Positions 1 to 14,513 of a stretch of DNA of 64,000 nucleotides are shown piece by piece. This DNA comes from Eledone cirrhosa (taxonomy: Eukaryota): positions 16,864,001 to 16,928,000 of the forward strand of contig OZ024743.1 in the NCBI GenBank assembly GCA_964016885.1, in the 5' to 3' direction. The notes under the pieces are model-generated. The model saw only the letters and a program-made list of their open reading frames with translations. It made no database searches and was not told where the DNA came from. Both the position numbers and the translations under genes were made by a program. Within the stretch, counting starts at the first letter, position 1. Every line of letters starts with the position of its first letter.

Positions 1-1378
1 CTGGTACGGTCCGGATCTCCAGATGGAGAAAAACTGGAGCGAGGTGACGAGCAGGCTGGCCTCTCTAACCCAGATATGGGCCGAGGAGAGGCTGTCTCCG
101 AAAGGACGGGCGGAAGTGGCGAATCTGTACATAGCGTCCGTCATCTGCTACCGCCTAACTCTCGTACCTCGCCCCCGCCAAACTCTGACCAAAATGGAGC
201 ACCATCTCTTCCACTGTTTGTGGAAGCGACGTGCTCCCATGGTCAGAAGATCCATTTGCTGTCAACACGCGTTGCGTGGAGACTAGGCCTATCGTGGCTG
301 ATTATGCGCAATCATCCGGTGAGGTTGCGACATCTCTGGTGCATCCTTGACGGTGAACAGGTGTGGTCGCCGTTTGCCAGACGCGCTTTTCCCTAGGTCG
401 TCTCCTTGACGGAGCTGCAGTCCTGGATCAGGTAAAGACCGAGGGATAGCGCTTGGAAGCTGGGATATCACCAAGTGGTCACCGCCCTCTACCAGCTGGA
501 CACTAATATCGGTGGAACATCCACCTCGGCGTTCTATAGAAGGCTAGTGGAGGGAAAGAGCAACGATGTTCTCGGGGAGACCCTGGGCATCGAGACGCTC
601 AGCTGTTCCCTCTCTTCAAGAGAACTCTCAGACCGGGGCCTATGGACAACTTCCAGGTTCCCTGGCCTGGTAGTGCCACCGGGAAGCGTTGCCTGTTTAG
701 TATAAGCTCTACAGGCACCGAGGTGCTGTCAGCCGAGCCTGGCCGAGATGCGCGCACAGCGACGAAACCGTCCTGCACGCACTCGTTCAGTGCCCGAGGA
801 TAGCTGACTTGTGGTCTATGTCTAATGGCTGCTGTCGCGTGTAGGACGGATCCGGTTATCGACTGAGTCCATTGTGCAGATAGCCCCGCCATTCTCCTTT
901 AAAGATGAGGAAGGGCAGGTAGTTTTCATCTGCCTGGTGGCCATGGCGAAATAGATTGTGTGGTGGGCAAGGTTGAAAGGGTTGAAGACGGACACTTTCC
1001 TCTGCGGACAATCCCTGATTAACTTTTTCAAGTCTCACTTGAAGAAGAAAATCAGGGTGGAGAAGCAGGTGTTGAAAGGTGGGTGAAAGTGGCGAGTCTG
1101 CCTGCCATGAGTATATGCTTGTAGACTGAGGAGTGGGAACACTGAGAGAGGGCGCTTACCCTGGTGGTCAGGATGGACGTTGTCTTTTGTGTGGTTTATG
1201 CCACGAGTAACCCACGTAGGTTTCCCCCTTTTGGGGATTTTTTGTTGTTTGAAATTTTATTTCTATCCCGATTTCAATCTTGTTATAACGACGAAAAACC
1301 ACTTTATAACGGCCTGTACTGTTCTGTGCCCCCTCTAATGTTTTTCTTCATGTTAACCCTTGTGGCCAATAAAGAAAA
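1..1378 (+). mobile_element. Tx1/L1-clade non-LTR retrotransposon, degenerate 3' part (end of ORF2 plus 3' UTR), running off the window start
   Basis: Broken ORFs (KNWSEVTSRLASLTQIWAE..LSPKGRAEVANLYIASVICYRLT) are homologous to ORF2 of the copy at 25095-31117. Ends AATAAAGAAA followed by (TTA)n. Confidence 0.9.
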
Positions 1379-1396
1379 TATTATTATTATTATTAT

Positions 1397-1890
1397 AGTT
1401 GCATTTATATTGCTTTATGTTCATACGAGTTATCACCAAGTCACAACCAGTGACCTCAAGAGACAACAAGGTCCGCCATGTTCAAGAAAGAACACATACA
1501 CACACATGCATCCTTAGGTGTTTAGACTTGTGATGTACTTATATTGACAGTATCTTCCTTAGTATAAGGGCAGTTCGGATTAGTACTATCTTTTGTATTT
1601 CTCCTATACGCGGGTTTTCTGGGATTTGCGATAAGTAATCATTAGATACCTTAGGTATCATTCCTAGAGCGCCTACAACCACTGGTATTGTTTTAGTTCT
1701 CAATTTCCACATTTTTCCGATTGCTATCTCCAGGTCCTTATACTTGCTCAGTTTCTCAAGTATTTTTATAGATACATTCTTGTCTATTGGAACGGACATA
1801 TCAATTAGCAGGCATACACTCTTTTTAAAGTCCTTCAGTATTATATCAGGTGTATTTGCATCTATTTTTCGGTCTGTTTGGATGCTAAAG
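1397..1890 (-). mobile_element. R4/Dong-type RLE retrotransposon, family A, 5'-truncated 3' fragment
   Basis: ORF 1539-1799 (DMSVPIDKNVSIK..EKLSKYKDL..IPVVVGALG) and the 3' UTR match the 22028-25071 copy. Flanked by (TTA)n on both sides. Confidence 0.9.
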
Positions 1891-1907
1891 TTATTATTAT
1901 TATTATT

Positions 1908-4900
1908 GTTCTTTGAGTCTCAGTCACTGATGTTATTTTACTTGAAAGTTTGTTGAAATGAATATCAAGCCACTACCTGCAGCCTAAGAGATTCAGGGCG
2001 TATCGGAGGGTTCTTGCTGTTCCCAGCAAGCATGCCCTTTGAAGTGTTCCAAAAAGCGGGGCTGGACTAACTTTCTTTAACGATCCTTGGAAACTGTTTG
2101 AGATAGTACCGAGTGCGCCTATGACAATCGGGACGACTCTGACTTTATAGCAGTTCCAAATCCTTTTTACCTCCCTGGTATCGGTTAATTTTCTCTCTCT
2201 CCTTTTCTTGCAATATCATGTCAAATGGGCAGGCTACATCTACAATCAGGCACGATCATTTTTCCTTGTCCAAAACCACCAGGTCAGTCCTATTGTGTTC
2301 CAGTTTCTTATCCGTCTGTATCCTAAAATTCCATAGCACCTTCACCTGATCGTTTTCTATCACCGACTCTGGCTTATGCTCATACCACTTTTCAGAATGT
2401 GGTAAATTGTTTACTTTGCATAGGTGCCAGTGGATCATCCTTCCCATCACATCCTGCCCATCACATCCTGCCCATCACAGCCTTTATAGTACGTCTGGGC
2501 TAGGTGTTTACACTCGGATACAATGTGAGCCACAGTTTGCTCTCTCTCTCCACAGATCCTACACAGTGGGCTAGCTACCCTTCTCCTTGTAAATATGGCG
2601 TTTCACCCACTTCGTTTTGAGTGCCTGCTCTTGCGCAGCCATTAGCATTCCTTCGGTAGCCTTTTTAAGGTCTCCTCTTTTTAACCAGTTCCATGTCTGT
2701 GGATCTCTAAATTCAGTTTTCTCAAAGAAGGTACTAAGAAAGGATTTTTCATGAAGGTTGCTCTTCCTCCTTGTGGTTATTTCCTCCTTGGACATCCCCT
2801 GGTCAGTAAAATTCTGAGCATTGGCTCCTTACTGTCGGTCACGTATTTGTGCAGGTTGTTTTTTCTCCATCTGAACACAATCCTCTATGCTGATAAGACC
2901 TCTTCCACCTTCAGATCTCTTTAAGTAGAGTCTATCGACATCACTTCTCTTGTGGGACACGTTATAGATAGTCAATAGCTTCCTTGTCTTCCTATCTATT
3001 TCTTTTTGTTCAGCAACATTCCATTTCAGAATTCCCACACTGTACCTAATAATAGACACAGCTCGGGAATTCACTGCACTTATGACATTCCTACTATTTA
3101 GACGTGATTTTAATACGCTCCTTACTCTCCTAATGTGCTCAGATATTATCAATTCCTTCATTTTTTTATGCTTGATGTCATCTGCCTCCAGAACACCTAA
3201 ATATTTGAATCGTTCTTCAGTGTCAATTTCCTTTATCATCTCATCTGTCGATAACAGGATTCCGTTGCTTCTGCTCAAATTACCCACTCTTCATCACTAG
3301 GACTCCACACTTACTAATACCAAATTGCATACATATATCACTGCTGAAAATACGGACAGTGTCAACAAGTACATGCAACTCCTTCTCACTCTTCCCAAAG
3401 GAAGAGGAGGTGATTGAGGGTAAGCTCTCCTTTTCCCAACATGTATCCTGCTCTCACTTTTCGCAATATAATGGTCAGGGGTATCAGGGCAAAGACAAAC
3501 AACAGAGGGGACACACTATCTCCCTGGAAGACACCTCGCTTGATTTTCACGCCTCCCAAGGTTTCTCCACCCGATGTTAATTCTGTTTCCCAGGACTTCA
3601 TACTTTTGCTCAACAACTGTCTGATGTTATCCCCCACCTTGAATATATCTACGCTTTTGGTTATCCAAGAATGAGGTACCAAGTCGAATGCCTTTTTGTA
3701 GTCTATCCATCCCATGGCAAGACCAGTGTGTCTCCTCTTGCAATTCCTCATTACCATCTTATCAATAAGTAGCTGGTCTTTTGTACCACTGGACTTCTTT
3801 CGGCATCCTTTCTGTTCGCCCGGTAACAAGTTGTTTGTGTGGAGATGATGGTAGATTTCCTCATACACACTGCTTGTTAACAGTTTCCACATTACGGACA
3901 GACATGTGATAGGTCTATAGTTGGAAACATTCATTACCCTTGATTCGGTCTTTCATTACCCAGGACTCTGGTAATCTTTGTCAACCACTCTGGTACCTCA
4001 CCCGACATCAAGCATTCATTTAACATGTCGTCAGTTTCGGGTGGAGGGATGTATTTTTTTTAATCCAACGCCCTGCACACTATCTGGGCCTGGTGATTTC
4101 CAGTTGGTTAGTTTTCTGGTCTGCCCTTTAAGAGTTTCAACTGTGATTATTAAATCAGTTTGTTGGTGTGCTTGTTCATTAATCTCCTTTTGTACTGTCT
4201 CAATCCACACTGCCTGATCATTATGTTCAACATCCTGCTCCCATATTCCTCTCCAGAATGTCTTAGTCAGTTCCGCCTCAGGGATCAAGTCGTTGCCTCT
4301 TTCTTTCCCTTTAAGCTGCTCAAACAACATCTTCTGGTTGTTGTCAAACATGCGGTTCTGTCTATACTGACTGACTCTGCTCTCATACCGCTTAATCTTT
4401 GCACTCTTTGCTACGATGCGTTGCTTCAGTACCTCTATGATAATATTTAGCTTTTTCCTCCTGGATTTGTACTTTATTTCCAGTCTATTTTTAGTGTCTA
4501 TGTTTTGTTACGTCCCATTCAGTAGCGATTCAAGCTTTCCAATGTCATTTCTCATTTCCCTGATTTGACCATTCAGTCGTTTCTTCCACCAAGGTTCTGA
4601 TCTTTCTTGTTTTTGTTTCCTCTCGTTTTTATGCCAAGTAATTTGCTCACCGCATTTGCTGTTGCTTTGAGGATATTGTTGCATTGGTGAAGGTTCCTCA
4701 CCTGAAGGTATGGGATGACTTTGGTTACCTTAGCTGTTGTTTCTTTTAACTTTTTCCTGTCTAAAAATGTTAGGTTCATAGGTTTCCCACTATCATTGTT
4801 CATTTCATCTACCACTAAATTTAGGATATCAACCAAATCTTTTCCTAGCCCGTCAGCATTCATTTCCTCAATGGCCGCATCTTTGTTCGAGATGTCATCT

Positions 4901-5495
4901 ATGTCAGCATTCAGATCATTGTCTGCTTCGGATGATTCCTCCGATCTCTAAAGGGCTTCACATTCATTTCCCACTGGCTCGTTTACCACTCTCCATTTCC
5001 AACCTAATCTCTCTGCTCAGTTCCTCCAGTTCCAACTCGCTTATCCACCCATTAGACCTTATTACCCGAGCTTGCCCGGCCGATTTTTGTTCATCTAATT
5101 TAAATAGACCAATCTCGTTCCAGGTGTTATGCATCAGTTTCCCATAGGCTTTTTTCCTTGGGGCTACTCTTCAGGTAACATTGCATAACAGTTCTATTCA
5201 ATTCTTTCGTCCAGTTGGTTCTTGTCCCTTTCCTTCTACTTATTCCTCCAACACCAGCAGTATTTTTATGACAGCCAGATCCCTGCTGCTGGGCCAGGGA
5301 GCATTTTCTACGTGAGAGTCTGTCAAATCACGTTCCAGTCTTCCCTTCACCGTTATTCGAAATGTTTAGGTTCGACATTTAAACACTCATATCGAGGATT
5401 GGTGAATGTATGGTTACATAACCACCGGTTATTTCGTCAACCCCAGTGATTTCATCAACCCCGGAGATTTTAACGTGGCACCATCATGCTGTAGA
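1908..5495 (-). mobile_element. R4/Dong-type RLE retrotransposon, family B, near full-length and frameshifted
   Basis: Fragments give NYRPITCL, QKGC..GTKDQLLID, WIDYKKAFD, GVFQGDSVSPLLF, FKYLG, then the RLE region (WNFRIQTD..RTDLVVLD). The 3' end abuts (TTA)n. The 5' boundary is approximate. Confidence 0.85.
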
Positions 5496-5797
5496 CGAAC
5501 ATAAATAAACAAATAAATAAAACTTGAAAAAATAAACAAATGTTTCATTGTAATGTTTGAATGTCTGACTTAGTTTTTTTTGTTTCTTTGTTTTTTTCCT
5601 TTGCGTTTTTCGCTTTACAAGGCCAGTAACATCGGTTACTAATGTTGTTCTTGCTGCTGCAGCTAAGGGTAGTAGGGGTTGTTGTGTTAAAAACTTATGA
5701 AATGTGTGATTGTTGTTGCGTTTGCTTCTGTCTGTCTTCTGTTCTATGATTTTTCGACTTGTTGCTTATCATTATAATTATTATTATTTTTTTTTAT

Positions 5798-5893
5798 CCT
5801 TTCCTCATTACGTGGCCGACAAAACAAAGCACCAGCATCACACCGGGACAATTGCTGGCCCCGGCCAAAAGCAGAAACAATTATTATTATTAT
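5798..5893 (+). mobile_element. Diverged 3' fragment of the Meta/MESC-type SINE
   Basis: Aligns by eye to 53139-53222 (CCTTTC..TTACG.GG.CGA.AAAA.AAAG.ACC...AATTGCTGGCC...AGAAACAATT) and has an (ATT)n tail. Confidence 0.55.
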
Positions 5894-6488
5894 ACTATAG
5901 TTTAGATTTGACATCGTTTAAACTAAACATTTTGAGAGCGTTTAGAGATACAACATCATTATTTTGGTGTTGTTGTTGTTGTTGTTAGCTGTTTGACCGA
6001 GTCACTAACCCAGTCTATTTATATCTGTTGATACCTTCTTCGCTTCTTTTCACGTGTAGCGGCGCTACCACCATCCCTCTCTTAAGTAGTGAGGGAATAG
6101 TGGTGGTAGCGATGATGCAATGGTGGCGGTGGTGATGGGACAGGAGTACTATAGGGATGGTGCTGGTTTGTATTTGGCTAAAAATTTTGTGGTAGTGGTG
6201 ATGGTGATGGTGGCGGCGGCGGTGTTGTTGTTGGTGGTGAAGTTATTTGGCTGTTGTTTTCTAGCCGTTTTCGTTTCTGACCATAACATTTCTAGTACAA
6301 TATTAAATATTAAATATTGGAGCCCTATGCCATAATGTGATGCGTTGCCACTTCCTGATAGTTAGGCTGATGTATTATGTTCCATTTGTAATAAGAATTA
6401 TTCTATCAAAATTGTTTTGAATATGTAAAAAATCAAAAATTTATGGAGCGATTCCATAACACTCTATCAATCATGTGCGTATCTTCCC

Positions 6489-6490
<2 letters not shown>

Positions 6491-6533
<43 letters not shown>

Positions 6534-6558
6534 TATTATTATTATTATTATTACTATT
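6491..6558. repeat. (TTA)n microsatellite; similar tracts at 1379-1396, 1891-1907, 11840-11858, 13461-13483, 22013-22027, 25072-25094 and 31120-31175
   Basis: Directly visible. Each tract sits at a LINE/LINE junction or a LINE end. Confidence 0.97.
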
Positions 6559-9500
6559 GAATGCCATGGTTGACGGAGGCTCGCCTCTGTAAGGTGTAGT
6601 ACATTTTAACAGCTATAACAATTGTAAATTGTTTAAAACTTTAACCAACTTGTAGACAAAAACACCCTCCTCCTCGTGAGAGGGGACTTTCTGCCCGTTA
6701 TTTGGCCCTTAGGGATTAAATAACCGCTTATTGGGGTGTTGTGCCCACTATTTATTTTAAATTAAAAAAAACATGGCTACAAAAAATAATTTTCACAAGT
6801 CACTCCCACTCATTCCGTCTTCTTCTTCCTCAATCGTGACTACACCAGAGAGAAGATTGTCTCTCTCCCTCCTTTCTCTAAATGTGTCTCTCTCCCTCCC
6901 TTCTCTAAATGTGTCTCTCTCCCACCCTTCTCTTTCGCAAGCGACGCCAGTAAAGAAAAATAGTTTCCAAAATCACGCGCAAAACGTGGAACATTTCTTC
7001 ACGACGACGACAACGACGGAAAAGGAGTGCGGTAAATACGAAAAACCAATTTCATTCGTCTGACGTCATGAATAATAGCAGTAGCAGCCGTAATAACAAC
7101 AGCAGCAGCAGCAACAGTGACAAGGAAAACAACAGTAGCAGCCGCAACAGCATCAGCAGCAGCATAAACGACAGCAGCATTAGCAGCAATAGCAATAATA
7201 ACAGCAGCAGCAGCAACAACAACAACAACAACCACAGCAACAGCGGCAGCGGCAGTCGTAGTACCTGCAGCAACAACAAAAGTAACGGCAGCTCCGATGA
7301 GGACAACAACAACAACAAAGAAAAAACAATCTCGTTTGTAGGTATCGCAAAAACCTGGAAACAATCCTCATAACAAATGCGGAATTACAAGAAGCAATGA
7401 AGAGGGTGACGAAAACCGGACACCGAGCAATCTGCAAGGCAGCCGAAAAATGTTTTCGAAACCCAACAGCACTGTACAGTCACGTACCGTACAGTAAGCA
7501 CAAAATCCCGTAGGGTTGAAGGGCCACAGAGGCTCAAATACAAAAAGCCTTAGGGTCTGTGTGGCAGCGGAAAACGCACATCACCCGAGTTAAGAAATAT
7601 GCCATCGTGGATGTACTTTTTGCCACACTCCAGGAGGCAAAGGCTCAATCCTTAGTGACCCTAAGGAGCGAGGAAATGGTGTTGGTGCCCTCCTACTGCG
7701 GACAGAAAATTGTGAGGGTCAAACTGACCCACGTCCCCCCGGGATGGCCCCTACTTGGCTGGCCGCGTCTGTCATCGTTGGAATCGAAGACAAAACAACT
7801 GTACGGCAAGTACAGAAAAAAGTACGAGAAGATTGAGTCGGCACCTCCATTGATATGTAAATCGAAACCAACCAGGAGTGCATCGAAGCTATCCCGGATG
7901 CGATAGACTTCGATAACGGCACTCAACTCCCCATAAGTGTGGAGCGCAAACGCCCGAAATGCTTTCGTTGTGGATCGAAGACTCAACTCAGGGCCTTCTG
8001 CAATGAGAAGACCCTGAGAAAGGAGAAAACACCCCTTCTTCCGAAACCGGCTCCACTGCTACCAGCAACAGGACAGGCGGCAACCAGGAAGGATAGGTCC
8101 ATGGCACCCATACCCACGCCACGGAAATCAAGAACAGCAGCAGCAGTGGAAGTATTAACAACAACAACAGCAATACCAACTACAGCTGCAACAGAGACTC
8201 CACCGCAACATTACCAACAACAACAAGTGAATGAGTGGAGCTGGTACCACTCCCCGACCACACAGAATTGGACATGGAGTGTGAGGTGGGAGAGGGATGG
8301 TAAAAGGTCGAAAGAAGGCACAAACGAAGAAGCAGCGCATCGTCGCCTTCGAAAAGGGAGGAAAGAAAGGAAAAAAGGGTAAAGGCTACTGCAAAAAGAT
8401 TTACAGCAGCAACACCAGCAACACCATCACCACCCACACTAGCACCACCATCACCACTGGCGGCAACCCCACCGACAACAACAACAACACCTTCAACACC
8501 ACCACCACAAGCACCAACATTACAAACACAACAAAACACACACACCCAGCAACAACGACAAGAATATAGCAGAACAACACCCACCCCCAGAAAAACAAAT
8601 GCACAGCAATAAATACAAATAACAAGAAATTAATGGCTTACATAATTGAACACACAGACATTTCACAGCAAGACTACATAATACCAGCACCAATCAAAAC
8701 ACCAACGAACATAAGACTGGTAAGAATAGCACAGAAACATTACACGAAATTCCCCAATTTCAGAGACCTAGGAGGGACACTCAACCGGAGGGTATATTCA
8801 GATATACTCATAGAAGAGCCGACGACCAGCCGAAGGGGCGATTCAACGGTCCCTTCACCAGACGATCAAGTGAAAAAGGATGGTGAAACCATCCTTCCTC
8901 TGCGAGAAGAAGTAAGGTAAGTGGTATTTCCCATCTTTTCCACTCCATTTCAACATGACTTCTCTCAGGATAGGCAGCATAAATGCGCGTGGCTTCGGGT
9001 CGTCATGGAAGCAGGGCCACCTGCTCAACGACCTCAGGTCACTAAACATAGATGTAGTGGCCATCAGCGAGACCAAAATCTCCGAAGCACGGGCCTTCGC
9101 ACCGATCTTCGGCGGCTACGACGTGTACGCATCTCCCAGCCGTCCTGGATCGGGGGGGGGGGGAGTTGCTCTGCTTTTTCGTAGGGGTTTGGATCTCGTC
9201 ATTCGGGCCATCTTCCTGGACCCAGAAGGTAAGTTGGTAGTGCTGGACGTGACCAGCGGAGACGGGCAAGCTTTCAGGCTAGTGGCCATCTATGCCTCGA
9301 CAAAGGCAGGGCGGCCTGATTTCTTCCGGCGTCTGGAGACCTTTCTTGGAACGTCCCGCTTTTTAGTGTTATGGGCGACTGGAACGGGATCTCAGATGGA
9401 CGCTGGGATTGTGTGTGATTAGCGGATAGCTGGGGATGGTGCAAGAGCCTCACCAACCTGCTCAGGCGTTTTGAACTGTCTGACAGGTACCGATTGGATT

Positions 9501-11837
9501 TCCCGAATGTGCCAATGTGGACTTGGACAAATCTCATAGGGTCATCCAGATCATATCTAGATAGAGTATTTTGTAGGGAAATAGATAGGTCTAGCATAAG
9601 CTGTCCACAATTCAAGATAGTCAGCTACACGGACCACAAAATAGTGATCTGTGTGCTTGACTTAGATAGGCTTCATAGACGAGGACTCGGCTACTGGAAG
9701 GTAAACGCTTCCTTACCAGCACACAAGGCCCACAGAGACCGCGATTAGCGAACTAGTTAAGCGAGCGTTGAAGGGGGCCATCATCAACAACAAGTGGTGG
9801 TTTGCTCTGTAAAGAGCGATTAGAATAGAGTCCATTAGGTTTGTAAGGCTTTAGCTATAGAGAAAAATAGAGCAGAGGGAGAACTAGTTAGGAAATTAGA
9901 CGCGGCGCTTAGCCGACGTACTTGCGGCGAAATTGGCCCTTGACCAATTCTTAATGTAAAGCACGAAAGCTGCGTTGTCAGAGCTAGGGTGCGTGCTCTC
10001 AGACACGAGGGGACGAAATCCGTTCAATGTGCCCGTTAGCAAAGGCGCGTCGTTGCACCAAAGCCACGATACGGTCTTTGGTGTACCACGACGGGCGCAT
10101 GCTACTCGATCCCGGGCAAATGTGTGAAGCTTTTCAGCGACACTTCGCTCAACTATTCGGGGGCAGCGTCGGGCCGGATCGAGGGATGTCTTTGGTGTCT
10201 ACCTCGACGGACTGCCGCGGCTCTCGGCCACTGAGGCGGTGTGTTGCGAAAAGCCGATAACAACCGCTGAAGTACGGGAGGCAATGACGTGCTGCACGAG
10301 GGGAAAATCGCCTGGTTTGGATGGTCTGCCCTATGAACTTTACGTACAGATGCCAGTCTTGTTCGGAGGCCTCTTGGCGGACGTCTACTGCAACTGGCAA
10401 CAGAACGGGAGAATTACCAGCTCTGGACGGACCCGTTAAATTGCTAGGGGTCTGGTTCGGTCCGGACCTCCAGACGGACAAAAACTGGGACGAGGTGACG
10501 AGCAGGGTCGCTTCTCTCACCCATAAATGGGCGGAGAGGAAGCTATCCCTGAAAGGTCGAGCGGAGGTGTCTAACGCGTACATCGCGTCCGTCATCTACT
10601 ACCGCCTGACCGTCGTACCCTGTCATAAGCCCAGCCTGACTGCGCTGGAGCGTTTGCTCTTTCGCTCTTGTGGAAGTGATGCGCTCTGATGGTCAGACGG
10701 TCCATCTGCTGTCAACACCCGCTACGTGGAGGGCTGGGCTTGCCGTGGCTGATGATGTGCAGACACGCGCTCTAGCTACGATATCTCCACCTCTTCCTCG
10801 ACGGTGATCAGGTGTGTTCGCCGTTTGCTGGACACGTCTTTCCCCAGCTCGTCTCCTTGACGGAGCTGCAGTCCTTGGTCAAGCGAAGACCGAGAGGGAG
10901 CGCCTGGTGACTGGAATGTCTTCAAGCGCTTACAGCCCTCGACCAATCGGGCAATGTGATCGGTGTAAACTCCACCTTGGCGTTCTATAGAGGATTAGTG
11001 GAGGGGAAGAGCGACGACGTACTTGGAGAAACTCTAGGCGTCGACGAAAATCAACTAGCCAATCTCTTCGGAAGGTCTTTCGGGTCGAGGCCTATGGACA
11101 ACTTACAGAAATCCATGGCTACCGAGAAGCTTTGCCATTTCGGGATAAACTCTACAGGCATGGAGGTGCCGTCAAGCGGGCTTGTCCGAGCTGCGCGCAG
11201 GGGGACGAAACCGTCCTGCACGCACTCGTCTAGTGTCCGAGCATTGCTTACTTGTGGGTTTATGTCGAAGACCTGCTGTCACGTGTAGGACGGATCCAGC
11301 TATCAGCTGAGTCCATCGTGAGGATTACCCCGCCCTCTTCTTTTGCCGGGAAAGGCAGGCAGTTTTTATCTGTCTGGTGGCCGAAAGAGATAGTATGGTG
11401 GACACGTTTGAAAGGGCTGAAGACGAGAACTTACCTCTTCGGTGATGCCCTGATTAACTTTTTCAAATTTCATTTGAAAAGGAAAATCAGGGTAGATAGG
11501 GTAGTGCTCTCTTCCCAGCATTTTGTTGAAAGATGGGTGAGAGAAGCAAGTATGGCCCGATAGAATGGGCCTACTTTGAGTATGTGTCTGTAAATTATAG
11601 GTGGGAAACTGGGAGAAGTCACTTGCCCAGGTGGTCAGGTTCATGTGGCCTTTTAATGGGCTTTCTCCACATATGTTCCTCGGAAGTCTCCTCCCTAATG
11701 GGGAATTTTTCATTGTTTTTTTTTTATTACATACTCTGTTTTTTTTACACGCAGAAATGCACATTTGTACCGTCCTGTATTGTCCTGTACTGTCCTTAAT
11801 GTCTACTTTATGTAAACCCTTGTGGTTAACAAAGAAA
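6559..11837 (+). mobile_element. Tx1/L1-clade element with both ends present, degenerate, with a ~745-bp internal deletion of the RT core
   Basis: Same 5' end (GAATGCCATGGTTGACGGAGGCTCG) and 3' end as the 25095 copy. ORF1 and ORF2 are frameshifted. At ~10423 the sequence jumps from the equivalent of 28925 to 29670 across a CTG microhomology, removing YADD. Confidence 0.92.
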
Positions 11838-11858
11838 GCATTATTATTATTATTATTA

Positions 11859-13462
11859 CAGTTGCATTTATCTTGCTTTATGTTCATACGAGTTATCACC
11901 AAGTCACAACCAGTGACCTCAAGAGACAACAAGGTCCGCCATGTTCAAGGAAGAACATACATACTCACACATGCATCTTTAGTGTTTAGACTTGTGATGT
12001 ACTTATATTGACAGAATCTTCCTTAGTATATGGGCAGTTCCCATTAGTACTATATTTTGTATTTCTCCTATACGCGGGTTTCCTGGGATCTGCGATAAGT
12101 AATCATTAGACCCCTTAGGTATCATTCCCAGAGCGCCTACAACCACTGGTATTGTTTTAGTTCTCAATTACCACATTTTTCCAATTTCTATCTCCAGGTC
12201 CTTATACTTGCTCAATTTTTCAATTGTTTTTATAGATACATTCTTGTCTATTGGAACAGACATATCAATTAGCAGGCATACCCTCTTTTTAAAGTCCTTC
12301 AATATTATATCAGGTCTATTTGCATCTATTTTTCGGTTTGTTTGGATGCTAAAGTTCCACAAGATTGAGATGTGATATTTTTCAAGTATGGGAGGTGGTT
12401 GATGCTCCCACCAATTCTTTTGATGGGGCAGGTCAAAATGCTTACACATTATCCAATGTATGTATTGTGCAGCTCTGTAATGCCTGTTTAGGTATTCGGT
12501 TGGAGCTATAGGACTGCACATTGAAATTATATGGTCAATGGTCTCTGGTTGTTTTTTGCTTACACGGCATAATGGGCTGCATCCATTTTTTATTATGTTG
12601 GCTTGGTAATATTTTGTTGGCAGACACTGATCGTGTGCTGATATAATCAGTCCTTCAGTCTCCCATTTCAGTCCAGAGGATGCCAACCACTGATGGGTTA
12701 AATTTTGTCAACATCAGGATTGTTAGCTCGCTCTGGATATTTTCCATACAGAGGCTTTTCTTGCCATTTCTTAGCCAGTTTCTGTAGCAGTTCTTTCTTT
12801 GCAGTTACTTTTACCTGCTTTGCTTTTTCTGTGTTTTCCATTTCAGCAGTAAATGGGACTTCTGAAATTTGCAGTCCATTACTGTATCTTTGTGCATCTT
12901 TTGTAATGGAATATGATCTTTTGATGCTTTCGTGTTTCAAAACGAGTTTGATCATCCAATCATGTGATTCCCTTAGTTATGTAGATAATCCAATTGTTGC
13001 AGTTTTCAACGCAATGTCTAACTGGATTAACCCACGTCCTCCTTCTTTCCTAGGGAGATATTTTCTATCTATATCTGCCTTAGGGTGATGCATTCTGTGC
13101 ATGGTTAAGAATTTTCGAATTTTTGTATCGAGCCTACGGATCTCTGTGCTTGGCCAGTTGATGACATTGTAACTGTAGGTTACTACTGGTATGGCAAGCG
13201 TGTTTATGGCATCGATCCTATTCCTTTCATTCAATTCCGTTCTTAAGATTGCTCTTACTCTGCGGTAACATTCCTTCCTTATCCTTTCCCTCATTGTCGA
13301 GTGCTTGATTCCGTCTCCTTCACAAACACCTAGATATTTGTAAGTTTTTTCTTGATCAAGTTCTCTTATCACGTTCCCCCGATCTAGATTAATGTCTGAA
13401 CTCTTCAGCAGCTTTCCTCTGGTGAACGTTGCTTTGGCGCATTTATCTAGTCCAAACTCCAT
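11859..13462 (-). mobile_element. Dong family A, 5'-truncated defective copy
   Basis: RT-thumb, CCHC and RPD..D RLE fragments (ORFs 12168-13462); (TTA)n on both sides. Confidence 0.92.
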
Positions 13463-13483
13463 TATTATTATTATTATTATTAT

Positions 13484-14513
13484 AGTTGCATTTATCTTGC
13501 TTTATGTTCATACGAGTTATCACCAAGTCACGACCAGTCACCTCAAGAGACAACAATTCCGCCATGTTCAAGAAAGAACATACATATTCACACATGCGTC
13601 TTTAGTGTTTAGACTTGTGATGTACTTATATTGACAGAATCTTCTTTAGTATATGGGCAGTTCCCATTAGTACTATCTTTTGTATTTCTCCTATACGCGG
13701 GTTTCCTGTGATTTGCGATCATTAGACCCCTTAGGTATCATTTCCAGAGCGCCTACAACCACTGGTATTGTTTTAGATCTCAATTTCCACATTTTTCCAA
13801 TTTCTATCTCCAGGTCCTTATATTTGCTCAATTTTTCAAATGTTTTTATAGATAGATTCTTGTCTATTGGAACGGACATATCAATTAGCAGGCATACCCT
13901 CTTTTTAAAGTCATTCAATATTATAGCAGGTCTATTTGCATCTATTTTTCGGTCTGTTTGGATGCTAAAGTTCCACAAGATTGAGATGTGATCTTTTTCA
14001 AGTATGGGAGGTGGTTGATGCTCCCACCAATTCTTTTGATGGGGCAGGTCAAAATTCTTACACATTATCCAATGTATGTATTGTGCAGCTCTGTAATGCC
14101 TGTTTAGGTATTCGGTTGGAGCTATAGGACTGCACATTGAAATTATATGGTCAATGGTCTCTGGTTGTTTTTTGCTTACACGGCATAATGGGCTGCATCC
14201 ATTTTTTATTATGTTGGCTTGGTAATATTTTGTTAGCAGACACTGATCGTGTGCTGATATAATCAGTCCTTCAGTCTCCCATTTCAGTCCAGAGGATGCC
14301 AACCACTGATGGGTTAAATTTTGTCAACATCAGGATTGTTAGCTCGCTCTGGATATTTTCCATACAGAGGCTTTTCTTGCCATTTCTTAGCCAGTTTCTG
14401 TAGCAGTTCTTTCTTTGCAGTTACTTTTACCTGCTTTGCTTTTTCTGTGTTTTCCATTTCAGCAGTAAATGGGACTTCTGAAATTTGCAGTCCATTACTG
14501 TATCTTTGTGCAT
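13484..14513 (-). mobile_element. Dong family A, 3' part of a full-length copy split by the CR1 insertion
   Basis: Breaks at ..CTTTGTGCAT and resumes at ~19125 with TTTTGTAATGGAATATG; these two segments are contiguous in the sister copies. Confidence 0.9.

Noticed and set aside
5415-5470. Hammerhead-like TTGATGA...GAAA in the Dong family B 5' region (minus strand)
   Set aside because: No helix I pairing and no NUH triplet in register; explained by an 18-bp tandem repeat.
6999-8625. Poly-Leu/Val/Cys ORFs on the minus strand (also 25413-27156)
   Set aside because: Antisense shadows of the low-complexity Tx1 ORF1.
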